Origin: Podarcis vaucheri
Lineage: Eukaryota
NCBI GenBank assembly: GCA_965113315.1
Contig: OZ220363.1
DNA: 64,000 nucleotides
Direction: 5' to 3' (one strand)
Below the pieces are notes generated by a model. The model was not told the origin of the DNA. It did not search any database and saw only the letters and a program-made list of their open reading frames with translations. Both the position numbers and the translations under genes were made by a program. Shown here piece by piece: positions 1 through 12,486 of this stretch (position 1 is the stretch's first letter; the number at the start of each line of letters is the position of its first letter).

Positions 1-2787
1 AACAACAAGACTAGTCCAACAAAGCTGATGTTGAAGAATCATTGCTTCGACACTGGTGATCTTTGCTTCTTCCAGTACACTGACATTTTTTTGCCTGTCT
101 TCCCATGTGATGTGTAATTTTTGGGGGGAGACACCTTTGATGGAATCTTTCGAGGAGTTGGAGATGGGGTTTATGGGTGGATTATATCTCATCTCAATAA
201 GAAGCTAATATATGAACAAGCCTTTGCCCATGCAACCAGTTGCTTTGTATAAGAAGTCTCTAATTTACCATAAGTTCTTGTTTTGTTTGAACCATGAACC
301 TGTGGCTACTAGTCTTGAAACAACCCAAGATATTAAACCAACTTTAAACTGTTGTTCAATATCCTGCTTTATTCTGAAGCTGTGTCCTTGGGACACTTCC
401 AGATTTTCATCCTGGCCAATTCAGGCTGCACTCTTAGAGCTGGTTTGAAGCTCTTGTGAAAAGAACCTGCTTCCTCAAAAGTTTTGACTTTTTCTGATAA
501 AGGAAGTGAGGGGTAAATGTGGGATAAGGCTTGCTTTGATGCAACATTATCAAACCTCCCCAGGAACAAATCAGGCTGAATGCTCAATAAACAGATTGCC
601 TGGAAGCAACCATAGTTTCCTGGCTTGGACAAAATGGGAAACTGTGGTTAATCAGAGACTTTATGGCTTGTTCAAAAGTGCTGTGTAGACAAAAAGCTGG
701 CTCAAATCTCAGCTTGTTAAGCTGATATATGATCATTCAAACTGGGCCATTGTTTGGGAGAGCGGGGAGAGAGGATGGAAATTCCTGTTGCACGGGTCAC
801 TTGTATGAAAAGCATGAAGGTGAAATATGTTAGTATCTGGAATTCCTGTTTCTGACTCATGCTCATTAATGTCTTGGATTCATCTGGAAGAAATCTTGTT
901 CAGCTCTCGGCAAAAGCTTTTTAAAAAACCCTACCAAAAAGCCCCTTGATGGGGAATAGCATGTGGGTGTATATATATATCTGTGTAATTGTCCAAAGAT
1001 GTAAAACATTGGGGGACATTCCAGAAATCCTGTGCAGGGCAAGTTTTCTCTGCAGAGCAGCTTTCATGCCAGCTGCCTTTGAGGAGGCCTACTTTATGGG
1101 CTGGCTCTGCAAGACGGCAGGAGGTGTATGGTATAAATTACTGAGCTCTGGCGGAAAAAAGTACGGGGTGGAGAGTAAATTAAAGCAACCTGGATGGTCA
1201 CCATCTGAGTGGAAGAGGCCAAGAGATGGGAATAATATTTTTATAGATGACTTGCGGTAATGAGACACAGTGTAAGAATAAGGCACCGGATGGGGAAGGG
1301 AGAGGGTTATTGGCAAGCCGGGGGTCTGGAAATCAGCATTGGATTTGGTGATCTTGGGCCATGGAGAACCTGCTGGTTTTGAGGATAGAACTGAAGTTTT
1401 CTTGCTGTAAGATATATGTGCGCTATTCCTGAATGTAGTTCAGTGTGCGTATGTTTGAAGCACACTCTAGTCTGCCATGGATTCATTGGATTCATAGGCA
1501 AGGTCTCTTGTGGTATTAAATAACATTTCTCACATTTATGGCAGCATGTTCAGTTGTAAGGAAGCTACAGGATATTGATGTTCATGAATATTCAGTAGTC
1601 GTACCCTGTGAATTACCACTTTATGCTCATAAAACCTGAAGAGAAAATTACTGCAAACGAGAGACTATCCATTCTCGACATAAGAGGGTATAATTAACCA
1701 TATACTCTTGGAAGTGGCTCCAAGCAGAAGAGCCTGCCATTCTGGACATTATGTCGAAGGTGGCAAGGACTCATGGTGACTAGCCATTGTCTGGCCCCAT
1801 GGGCAACACGCTGGGCCTTCCTAGACCACCATCCTCTTGTGAAAGCATTATGTCACTTTCCTTCTGTTTTCCTCTCTCCTGCCACTGCCCCCCGCCATAC
1901 TCAAACCTTTTAATTAAGGCAGGAAACTGTGTGTCTCTGTGGCTGTTGGACTGGGAGATGTATTTTCCCACTAAATGAGATCTTAGCAAGCCTTTTTAAA
2001 AAAAGAAAGAAAAGAAAAAGGCTGGACATTAATCTTTTGGCTATTGGCAGCTTAATAGTTTTCCCGAGATGCTATCTGCCATTTCTCCTGGTCTCACTTT
2101 TCTTCTGATTAAATAAGATGTGGGGTGGAGAGGAATGCTCTTTGTTAAGGCAGACATTGATTTACTCTGGTTTATTTCATTTTCAAAAGGGATGAGGGGT
2201 TGGGCTCTAGAAGATCAAAGAACTAAGAAAGAACGTGGGGGTAGGGACAGATGGACATTCAGCGGCATTGGGAAATAAACCCAGCTCTGAAATCTTAATG
2301 GCTAATGGCAATGTATGATCTTGTTTATTTCTGTAACAGTTCTTTGAGTTACAAACACAGGTGCTTGGTCCTTGTATTGCCTCCATCTTCTTCAGCCATG
2401 CCTGAGAGTTCGCTGTTTCAGTGCAGTTGGGCTTCCGTGTGCTTGTGTCGCTTGGGTGCACCTAAGTCCAACCGGAATGTCTCTTACATGAGCCCCATAA
2501 TAAGAACAGAAGAGCCCTGCTGTATCACATCAGTGGCCCATTTAGTCCAGCATCCTAGTGGCTAACCAGATGCCTATGGGAAGCCCACAAACAGAACCCA
2601 AGTGCAGCAGCACTCTCCCCATTTGTGTTTCCCAGCAATTGATATTCAGAGGCATAGGGCCTCTGACAATGGAGGTAGACCATGGCCATCATGTTTTGTT
2701 CGCCACTCATAGTCTTTTGCTCCATGAATTTGCCTAATCCCTCTTTTAAAGCCAGCCAAGTTGGTGGCCATCACTTCCTCTTGTGTG

Positions 2788-3307
2788 TAGGGCTGGGAAA
2801 TATATTGATATATCATCGAAAACTGTTTTGAAGTCCATATTGTGATATTGATTTCATAATTTTTGATCTGGCAATATATCACAAATCATGATGTGTGTGT
2901 GTGTGTGTGTTATGCAAAAATCACAATGTGGGAAAAACCATGAAGCCAGCCAATGCCTCTACATAGCTCCACCCTTATTTCAGACATTGTGATACATCAG
3001 TATACAGTGGTACCTTGGGTTACATACACTTCAGGTTACATACGCTTCAGGTTACAGACTCCGCTAACCCAGAAATGGTACTTCGGGTTAAGAACTTTGC
3101 TTCAGGATGAGAACAGAAATCACGTGGTGGTGGCGTGGCGGCAGCAGGAGGCGCCATTAGCTAAAGTGGTGCTTCAGGTTAAGAACAGTTTCAGGTTAAG
3201 AATGGACCTCCGGAACGAATTAAGTACTTAACCCGAGGTACCACTGTATTGTGATGTCTAGCTGCTGATATATCACAATGTTGAAAGACAGATATCACAC
3301 AGCCCTG
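2788..3307. mobile_element. hAT-like non-autonomous element (MITE)
   Basis: TIRs tagggctgggaaatat / atatcacacagccctg. Near 8-bp TSD ctcttgtg(tg) / ctcttgtg. Internal gatatatc/cacaat palindromic motifs. Confidence 0.6.
3005..3246. mobile_element. Tc1/mariner (Tigger/pogo-like) MITE, family M, copy 1
   Basis: TA|cagtggtaccttgggtta ... taacccgaggtaccactg|TA. Five related copies in the window. Confidence 0.85.
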
Positions 3308-3352
3308 CTCTTGTGGGTGCAAAATTGATAGTTTAACTTTGTGGTGTACTTT

Positions 3353-3836
3353 TTTTTTTTTTTTTTGCATTTTAAAATTTTATTGGTTTCCAACCAGTTA
3401 TACATTTTTATCCATATCATAACATTCTTATCCATTTTGGACTTCCTTCAACGTTACTGACAATCATTCGTAGTTTTCCCTTTCATACGCATTCCGTTCT
3501 TACATATTGCCGTTTTCCCTCCCTTCCTTCATTATTTCTATTCGACAATACTTATTAATTCTTTACAGTGCCTCTTTTAAACCCACCAGCGTTGTATTTA
3601 CATCACAGTTGTTTTCCAGATACCCCACAAATTTCCCCCAGTCTTGAATAAACTTTTGGTCTTTCGTGTATCTAATTTTCCCTGTTAATTTATCCAATTC
3701 TACATATTCTATCAATTTTTCTCTCCACTCTTCCACCGTTGGAATTTCCTCCTGCTTCCATCTCTGTGCTAGCACAATTCTTGCGGCCGTTGCCGCATAC
3801 TGAAAAAGTTTGCGGTCCTCTCTTTCTATATCTTTC
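3353..3836 (-). mobile_element. 5'-truncated L1-clade LINE (ORF2 C-terminus, 3' UTR, polyA)
   Basis: ORF 3563-3838 (-) reads like an L1 ORF2 C-terminus (AATAARIVLAQRWKQEEIPTVEEW...DWGKF). Minus-strand AATAAA near 3380, polyA (polyT 3350-3366), 18-bp TSD aactttgtggtgtacttt at 3335-3352 and 3837-3854. Confidence 0.88.
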
Positions 3837-4460
3837 AACTTTGTGGTGTACTTTCTTTTCTATCTTCCAACATTTGGCTGCATTGGATGTCCCTATGTTT
3901 TAGTGTTATGGGCTCGGGGGGACATCTCGCTCCATTTTGTCTCTTGACCTACTTTTTCTCTAAACTTGGAAGCCCCAAATGCTGTAAGCTTTCCTCAAAG
4001 GGGAGTTGCTTCATAATGACGTGTGGGAAAGCCAAGCAGAAGCCTTCAAAAATCCTGCCTCTTCCATTCCACCTCATCTCAAGGCCTCACAGAGAAGAGG
4101 GCCAATCCCCAGGCAAGGATACCAAGGTAAGATTATCAGGAGATGGAAGAGTCAAAAGGTGTCAGTTAGGTGGTGAGCACAGTGAACCAGCCTCTTGGTA
4201 AGCGGAAGGAGAAGCAAGGAAATGGCAGGTCTTAGCAGGGTGTTGTGGTCAGTTTTTTTCTCTCCTGAAGCAAGCCTGCATCAGGGTGGAGCTGCAAGGA
4301 GAGACCTTGGAATTTCTGTGGACTGCATAGGCTGGGGGTGGGGGAACAAAATACTGCAGTGATAAATTGCTGCTTTCAAAAATGTAAAACAGAATTTTAG
4401 GGACAATTAGGAAAGAGAATAACAGGGTACGGTGGGGGCATCTCAGAGCCTCTCTGCAGA

Positions 4461-4654
4461 TAAAGGTAAAGGGACCCCTGACTGTTAGGTCCAGTCACAG
4501 ACGACTCTGGGGTTGCGGCACTCATCTCGCTTTACTGGCCGAGGGAACCGGCGTACAGCTTCCGGGTCATGTGGCCAGCATGACTAAGCTGCTTTTGGCG
4601 AACCAGAGCAGCGCATGGAAACACTGTTTACCTTCCCACCGGAGCGGTACCTAT
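4461..4654 (-). mobile_element. Sauria SINE, partial
   Basis: (AAAGGT)n antisense tail and diagnostic body gggtcatgtggccagcatgactaagc...ggtacctat. Confidence 0.85.
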
Positions 4655-4750
4655 AGAGCAATATTAATAGCAGTGGTTCTCTCTTGAATCTTGTGCACAG
4701 TTCCAGTTGCCTCCTTTGGTAAAGGGAACAGTGGGTTGGAAGAACACAGA

Positions 4751-4916
4751 AGTTGTTGTTCCTTTTGACATCTGGTGGGAGGGCGTTCCACAGGGCGGGT
4801 GCCACTGCCGAGAAGGCACTACCAAGAAGCCTGGTTCCCTGTAACTTGGCTTCTTTCAGTGAGGGAACTGACAGAAGGACCTCAGTGTCCAGGTAGAATG
4901 ATGGGGATGGAGATGC
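4751..4916 (-). mobile_element. L2 LINE fragment (ORF2 C-terminus)
   Basis: Encodes AFSAVAPALWNALPPDVK, the typical L2 ORF2 end. Same family as 31609-32770. Confidence 0.75.
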
Positions 4917-5536
4917 AATACTGGACAAAGGCAGTATTGGCCATGCTGTTCTCAGTGTCTGCCTTAAGACTGCAGGACACATAGATAGTGAAAATGGAGC
5001 AGAAGTATTCCATAAGCAGGATGGGCTTTTGTTATTGTTGAAGTTTTACTGCATTACTACGCAATCTGCAGTAGAGTTTGGCAGCCAGAAGATCTTTGAT
5101 TTTGTATTTAAATAAGTTGTGTTTTTAGTTCTTATGGTCACTTAGAAAACAGGGGTGTAGCTATGGGTTGGCTGGGTTGGCCTCTGCCAAGGACGCAGGG
5201 CCTGGGCTAGGGCCTGCAGAAATCCCCTCTGCTCTCCCCAGGCTCCTCCTCCACTGTTCTGGGTGCCCAACATCTCCTTTCCAAGAGTGCAAGGGACTGG
5301 AGATGGGGGGGGGGGGAGGTGGCGGTGGCAATGATACAGCTCCTTGCCACAGGCGCATGGGAGCCTAGGCACGTCTGTGTTATTAAAAAAATTGAATATT
5401 GGTTGGATGAGTCAACTGCAAGTTCATAAATAAAATTGAAAGAGTCAGGAGATGGGACTCCTAATCTTGGCTGGTGGTATCTGGCTCCTACGCTAGACGT
5501 AAAGACCTAGGAGAAGAGAAAAAAGAATAGAAAAGT

Positions 5537-5538
<2 letters not shown>

Positions 5539-5576
<38 letters not shown>
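5539..5576. repeat. (GT)n microsatellite
   Basis: Direct reading. Similar (CA/GT)n at 13889-13921, 44645-44685, 45320-45361 and 50644-50679. Confidence 0.95.
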
Positions 5577-5577
<1 letters not shown>

Positions 5578-6310
5578 TGGGATTCTCATATAGGGAAAAG
5601 GGTTAAACAAAACCTTTGTGTGTGGTGTAATCTCAATCCTGAGACTTCCCACCCCACCATGACAGTTTCATAAAAACAAGTATTTAAAATGTCACCTACT
5701 TTGCCCCTGTTGCAGGCTTATTAGCATTATCCATTATGAGCGGAATACTGTTTCTGAGTCTGAATGTTGAAAACTTCCTTTTGTTTGCGAAGGTTGATAC
5801 TTTCTATTTTCAACTATTATTTTACCCTCTCCCTTGCTAAAATTGATAAAATGTAAGGTACGTTTAGATACTTTTGGTTGCAATGGCATGTTGCTTCATC
5901 TCAGTCACTGGATGTGTAGAGTAAAAATTTCAGTAAAGCTAAATTATAGTCTGAATGGTACATAAAAGCAGTTATATGTTTAAGTTTTATAAACATATTA
6001 AACACTATAATTTTGTGTGCCAATACACAGTGAGTGCATTTTATGTTCTTAAAGTCGAAAGTCTTAGAAAGTTAACCATGCTTATATTTCAATTCCACCC
6101 CGCTCTCAAATTTCCTTTGTTTCCCTGGGATGAAAAGCAAAACGGAACCCAGTTTCCCCCAGGTATGCCTGGGGCACCCACCACCTCCCCTGGGAGAATG
6201 AAATCCTGGAGAGCCACACTGCCAGTCAGTGTAGATAAATACTGAGCTAGGTGGACTAAAGGACCAGTGGTCTGATTCAGCTTTCTGTGTTCTTATTCCC
6301 TGTACTTAAT

Positions 6311-6626
6311 AAAGGTAAAGGGTAAAGGGACCCTTGACCATTAGGTCCAGTCGCAGACAACTCTGGGGTTGGAGCACTCATCTCGCTTTATTGGCCGAGG
6401 GATCTGGTGTACAGCTTCTGGGTCATGTGGCCAGCATGACTAAGCCACTTCTGGTGAACCAGAACAGCGCATGGAAACGCCAGAGCCGTACCTACTTATC
6501 TACTTGCACTTTGATGTTCTTTCGAACTGCTAGGTTGGCAGGAGCAGGGACTGAGCAACGGGAGCTCACCTTCTGATCGGCAAGCCCTAGGCTCTGTGGT
6601 TTAACCCACAGTACCACCCGCGCCCC
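6311..6626 (-). mobile_element. Sauria SINE
   Basis: aaaggtaaagggtaaaggga tail and near full-length body homologous to the 4461 and 63332 copies. Confidence 0.88.
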
Positions 6627-6848
6627 ATACTTTAAAAAACACACACCTTAATCTTAGGGCCTAGCTAGCTGTTAGTGGGGGCTGAATAGTTGCTGCTGAC
6701 TTGCCTTTCTCCCACACATCTTTTCGGCAATATACATGTTTTGCTTTGTTTTTAAAGAAAGACTTCACTGTGGACAGCATTTTCCAGCTGCAATCCATTA
6801 GTAGCTAGTTGCAGTGAGTGGTGCAAGGCTGGAATTTTGGGATTCTGC

Positions 6849-6890
<42 letters not shown>

Positions 6891-7388
6891 TTTATTTATA
6901 CCCCGCCCTCCCCAGTTGAAGCCGGGCTCAGAGCGGCTAACATCAAATGTATAATACATTAACATAAAATCAGACAATCAATTAAAATACATCCTCAAAT
7001 CAGATCAGGATCAGAATAAAATCCAATCGGATGGCAATCCGCAGATTAGGGTTGGGGACCTTAAATGCTCACCAGGCCCAACTGTTTGTGCTGAACTTAT
7101 ATGGGCCTGTGAGAAAAATTGGGAGGCCACTTTCATGCAAGTTCTTATGAAAGAGGAGAGGGAGTCAGACTGAACCCCGACCAAAGGCCTGGCAGAACAG
7201 CTCTGTCTTGCAGGCCCTGCGGAAAGATGTCAAGTCCCCCAGGGCCCTAGTCTCTTGTGACTGAGCGTTCCACCAGATTGGAGCCACAGCCTAAAAAGCC
7301 CTGGCTCTAGTTGAGGCCAGCCTAACCGCTCTGTGGCCTGGGACCTTCAAGATGTCTTTATTTGAAGACTGTAAGTTCCTCTGTGGGG
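6849..7388 (-). mobile_element. L2 LINE 3' fragment with (ATT)n tail
   Basis: (AAT)n 6849-6890, then tttatttataccccgccctcccc...cagagcggctaac and antisense ORF2 end (gcgttccaccag...gccctggctctagttgaggc). Sister of 22857-23292. Confidence 0.8.
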
Positions 7389-7976
7389 CGCATGCACATG
7401 CATCACCTGAACTAGTTCCTGGAGCTGTAGCAACACCTGAGCTATCTGCCATCCTTCAGGTTTTTGGTTTTCAGACTTTTGTTCAGATCACTGTGCTGTA
7501 TACATGCAGTTTGCAGGAGTCTCACTAGGATTCTCTTAAGTGCTTGTGATTTAAACCATCATGCAAATTGCTCAGGTGTGCATTGTAGCTTGTAAGTGGG
7601 GGTGGGGAATGGAAGATGCAACCTGAAAACTGCAGCAAACTAATGCACCAATTGCAAAATCAATTTTTAATTAATTTTAGATGTTCTCTAAGTTTAACCA
7701 GCTGGCAGATGGAGTGGAACAGGGTGGAGCGAACCAACTGAACAAGACCAAAACAGGGGAAATCTCCACACGTTGCTTGTTGCTTCTGCTAGATTTTACA
7801 AGGGAGATGTAGCTTGGTGTCAGCCATGCGTCCTCTGTAACATCTAGTTAGGCCTCTAGAGGCAGAATAATCTAGGCTAAGTAAATACACATTCAAATTT
7901 AATTTGCATAATTAATAGGGTAGCATTTTAGTTTCCTTTGCGCAGAGATGGCTCAGAGCCCTTGTAATGGTGTAAT

Positions 7977-8225
7977 GGAGAGCCAGTGTGGTGTAGTGGT
8001 TAAGAGCAGTAGTCTTGTAATCTGGAGAACTGGGTTTGAGTCTCCGCTCCTCCACATGCAGCTGCAGGGTGACCTTGGGCCAGTCACACTTCTTTGAAGT
8101 CTCTCAGCCCCACTCACCTCACAGTGTTTGTTGTGGGGGAGGAAGGGAAAGGAGAATGTTAGCCGCTTTGAGACTCCTTAAAGGGAGTGAAAGGCGGGAT
8201 ATCAAATCCAAACTCTTCTTCTTCT
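7977..8225 (+). mobile_element. tRNA-derived SINE (Squam3-like) with (CTT)n tail
   Basis: Box A tggtgtagtggtt, box B-like gggtttgagtc, core gggtgaccttgggccagtcac, tail ctcttcttcttc. Copies at 43038 and 49767. Confidence 0.85.
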
Positions 8226-8252
8226 AATGCTTGTCCCTTGGTCTAGGTTTGA

Positions 8253-8392
8253 CCAGATTCCCCAAACCTGGTGCCCTCAAAACGTTTTGGACCACAACTC
8301 CCATCAGCTCCAGCCCAGGGCGGCCAATTTTCAGGGATTATGGGAGTTGCAGTCCAAAACAGCTTGAAAGCATCAGGTTGGGAAAGACTGGC
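8253..8392. mobile_element. Short palindromic hAT-type MITE
   Basis: Inverted arms ttttggaccacaactcccat / atgggagttgcagtccaaaa. Related to 34028-34163. Confidence 0.6.
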
Positions 8393-11147
8393 TAGGATCT
8401 CGAAGATATGCCGCCCCCCTTAGAATGAGATTGGCATGGATCATTTTTCTCTGTCTTTAAATGTTGTGGGGGTATTGTAAGCCAAACCTGGTGGATCCTT
8501 TGGTTATGGTTATGGTATTTGCCTTAAAAGCAAATAAACCTTTTCTGGGACTGATGTTAACAACCCATCTCACAGGGAACATGCTACAACATGGATGGGG
8601 AGCCTCAGACCCTCCTGGCCTTTCATTCTGGCCCTCAGAACTCTTCCCAGGACACACCCCTCACTGGTCCTGCTATGCACCTTGAATATTTTTTGCCTGG
8701 CTGGAACATGAATGCCCAGAATGCCCCTTGCTTGCCTAGAAAGGGTATGGGAATGCCTGCAGAAAGGTAACATTAGCATTTGTAGTTCTACCCATTCTTG
8801 CTTTTGGCCCAGCCCCCCCACCAGCATGGGACCCTCAGAGGGAAATGTGACCTTTGAGCTGCAAAACATTCTTTCACCCCTCTTCTACAGCAGCTGCAGA
8901 TAAACTAAGTTGGATGACTTCCCTTGCAATGACTGCATGGTCTCCCTTGACACTGGGACAGATTACTAATCTGAGGGAAGTCCCCCAAATGCTGCTCCCC
9001 ATGCTATTTTGAGACATGGCAAAATGACGAAGCGCACGCATGCACAGCCAGTTTGCGCAAGAAGGGGTGAAAAGTGGAGTGCCCGATGCAACTGCGAATT
9101 GGGATTGCCTGTGTCTCCAGTTTCTCCCCCCCCCCCCAGCCTCTTGGTTGCTAGGTGGCCGGAGTCATTCCTGGCGGAGGGGGAATGCAATAATGGCTAA
9201 TCTGCAGTTCTCCCCATTACACCTCTTAATGATTCCCTAAATCATGCTAATGAACTGCACCCTCACCCCCCTGCCTCTTGACCCTTCCCCTCAGAAGAGC
9301 ACCAAAGGGCAGCCTGGATCCATTATGCTGGTGAATGCGCCGGGGCTAAGATTTATAGAGCAGGCGGGAGCGACGAAGTGGTCTAGCTGGCTCCTTGGCC
9401 CTTACAACAGGACACCTGGGCTGTCATTAGAGGTAATTAGTGAGCCAGTGCTGATTGATGAGGGGTCCAAATAGCCTCTTGGCCCAGCAAGGGGGTCTTG
9501 TTGGTTGGATCAGCTCCTTTTGATGCTCAGAGTGTAATGAAGTCTCCCATTTGAAACCTTCATTAGGGTCTTCTTAAAGGATCTGGGTTGGGGAGCAGGG
9601 TGGACCTCTTTAATTTTTTTAAAAAAACAAAGATGATACATTTATGTGTTGAGCCAAATAGGCCTGAAAATTTTATCCTCCTGCCCCTTTGATGAAATAT
9701 TGCCTGAGTGTATTCATCTCCCTCCTTATAGGGTTGGAGTATCTCTCAAGAGAGAAAGAGGTGGTGGTGAGGGGGAAGGGGACCCCTTTCACATTTGTTT
9801 ATTATTTTTGCATGCTACTCTTCTCCTGGAGCTCATGCAAAAGTCGTAGGAAGAATTCCGCCCAACAGTTCCAGTGTCTTGTGAGCCTGATTTCAGCTGC
9901 CATTTTGAATTTCATCTGGTTCTGAGTGCTCTGTAATTTATTCAATATTTTCCTTTGTTCATTGTAAGCTGGAGGATGGCCAGTTTCTTGGGAATCACAC
10001 TATTCTTCAGGCAATAGTCTGGTAATGGGTATTTTGACATACAATCTCAGCTCTTTGTGGATGGTCAGGTTCTAAAAGTTGGCACTAGTAGTAAGAACTC
10101 CACAGCAGTGGAACACATGCACGTGGATTGTAGATCATGATTTGGGGGGTGGGGGTGGCAGAGCTAGGAAGTAGCTAATGTGCTTCCTGCACAATCTTTT
10201 CAAGAGGCAGATGGATAGTAGTTGTTCGTCTTTGCACAAGAGTTATTGATGCAATAACTTGAGCACTTTTTTTCCTGCCATACTTTCAAGTTTCTATTCT
10301 ATAGAATAGAATGACCACTGGGGTTATGTGAAGTTACTTTGGGGGCCAGGTCTGGTCTGGTCCATATGAATACCAATTGACCATTGCTGCTGTTAGTTAA
10401 TGCCCTAGATATTTTGGTACCTCTGTGGCCACTTCCAGATGATCTATTTATTGAGCATTTAGCCTGATTTGTTTGCCTAGGCAATAGACAGTGTTTGCTA
10501 ATGAATTATCATTCAGCCCGATTTATTTGTGGGGAGAGTAGATGATGTTGCATCAAAGCAAGTATTACCCCACACTTTTTGGTGCACCCCCTTGCTTTCC
10601 TTACAGCAAAAGGTGGGTTTGTTGCATGAGACCGCCAGGGTTTTAGACAGTAAGTCTTTCCCACCTTCAAGTGACTTAATGTTCTATCAATGCCCAATTG
10701 TGTTATGAAAATTCTGATAGTTAATCCATTGTAAAATTGCAATTATGTTATTTTAAAAACAAATATCTTGCAGCCAAAGAGTTGAGTGGGACCAGCACTG
10801 GTTTATTTTGGAGTCTCTGGATGTGGCACTGAATCCTCCTTCCTTCTGTACTTGCAGATGGATGGGAAGCCTTGTTCCACAGGCCTTTGGTAGAAGCAGG
10901 AAACCAATAGGTGTAATACCAGCTTTTCTGATACTGGGAGTGATGGAAAGTGCATTCTTGATGGCCTGTTGTATGCATTGCCTCCCATCTTCCTCAAGCT
11001 GTTGTTCTATTTTGTTCTTGGCATATATTGCCATAGTTTTTTCTTCTGTTTGCTGTTTGCATGCAACACTTGCTTTGCACGTAACCACCCACCATTTGCA
11101 CTCTTTATTTTGACCTTTCTGCATTTGCATTGTGTGTTGGTGTAAGA

Positions 11148-11505
11148 CACGGGTGGGGAACCTTGCACCCAGCAGCTGAATATTGCCCTCCGGACCTCTC
11201 TACTTGGCCCTTAGGAGTCTTCCCAGTCCTTCTCCACTTCCCAGTCCACATTCCTAACCCCACGCTATGCCCCTCAACAGTCCTTCTCCATGCCCACCTT
11301 TTGCCTGTCTGGAATGTGCCTTTGAACTATGACAATGCCTCTTACTGGGTGCATGTAGAAGCCTCTGACTTGGACTGTCAAGAGTCTCACCTGTTGCTCC
11401 ACCCACCTTTCCTTCTGGTCCTGGCAAGCACTGGCATGTGGTCCCTGAAAGGTCGCCCATGAGGGAATGTGGCTCTGTCATACTGAGAAAGGTTCTCCAT
11501 CCCTA
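11148..11505. mobile_element. hAT (Charlie-like) non-autonomous element; related partial copies at about 8588-8880, 24790-25210 and 50230-50390
   Basis: TIRs cacgggtggggaacct / aggttctccatcccta. TSD gtgtaaga / gtgtagga (7/8). Confidence 0.65.
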
Positions 11506-11588
11506 GTGTAGGAGATGAGATGCTGTGGTTTTAAGGAAGCTGATATATCTCGGACTGCATTCCCCTATCTGCAACATGGACAAAACAC

Positions 11589-11731
11589 AGAATCACCGAT
11601 TTGTGGAGTTGGAAGGGACAACGGAGGGTCATATAGTCCAAACCCCTGCAATTCAGGAATCTTTCACCCAAAGTGGAACTCAAACCCACGACCCTGAGAT
11701 TGAGAGTCTCATGCTCTACCGACTGAGCTGT
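11589..11731 (-). mobile_element. tRNA-Lys(CTT)-derived SINE with CR1-derived 3' end
   Basis: Antisense of agctcagtcggtagagcatgagactctcaatctcagggtcgtggg (tRNA-Lys head) joined to the CR1 3' UTR motif ttccaactccac...attct. Confidence 0.8.
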
Positions 11732-12307
11732 ACGACTGTTATAAGGCAGCATGCAAAAGAAGGTAGGAGATGGAGGGAATGAACAGGCTACTGGGGAGGC
11801 ACAGCATTTGAGTCCTCTTCCCAAGATATTAGTATGGTCTTCAAGTCTCCAGTTTGGCAACTGTTGCCTGTAGCCTTCTTTCCTATCTTCCCTGTGCTTT
11901 GGGGCAGGGATGTGGGAGGAGGCTGTCCCATCATGTAATGAGATCAGCTGGGCAATGAACTGGGCTACAACTATCACTTTGTAAAGTTTTTTTTTAATAG
12001 GAGGGGAAACAGCAGTAAAAGCACTTATGAGGTGATAAAGGGCTTTAATGAGCTGGCTCTTTGATAGCACAGCTGTAAACCGAGAGGGAGGCAGGGAACA
12101 AAAAAAAAAAAAAAAAGTGGATGGGAGAGAGCACTCAGGATCTACCTTATGGCCTCCAGCACTGTTTGTTTCAAGGCTCTAAATCAAGATTTTCTCTGCA
12201 TTTTCCCATTCCCCAGGACAAAGGCATATCAATGCAATGTGATCACCCTGAATTGTGACTCTGTTAGAGACTTTGTGGACTCTCTCAAAATCATTGAGTG
12301 GGACTGT

Positions 12308-12486
12308 GGCTGCATCCATAGCAAACATTTAAAACACATGACTTCCCCAAAGAATCTTGGGAACTGTAGTTTATTCCTCACATAGTTCTAGTTCCCAGCA
12401 CCCATAACAAACTACAGTTCCCAGGATTCCTTGTTGGGTAGTAATGTGCTTTAAATATGCTTAAAATGTGTGGTGTGTGCACAGCC
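12308..12486. mobile_element. Palindromic Harbinger-like MITE (actacagttccc family)
   Basis: Ends ggctgcatc / gtgcacagcc, 3-bp TSD tgt, inverted arms gggaactgtagttt / aaactacagttccc. Confidence 0.65.

Larger units (their letters stand above)
2498..4015 (-). mobile_element. Old CR1-type LINE 3' fragment, interrupted by three younger insertions
   Basis: Starts with the antisense CR1 3' end (ataagaacagaagagccctgctg...gcccatttagtccagcatcc), resumes at 3308 and 3855, and ends in antisense ORF2-like ctttcctcaaaggggagttgc. Confidence 0.6.
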
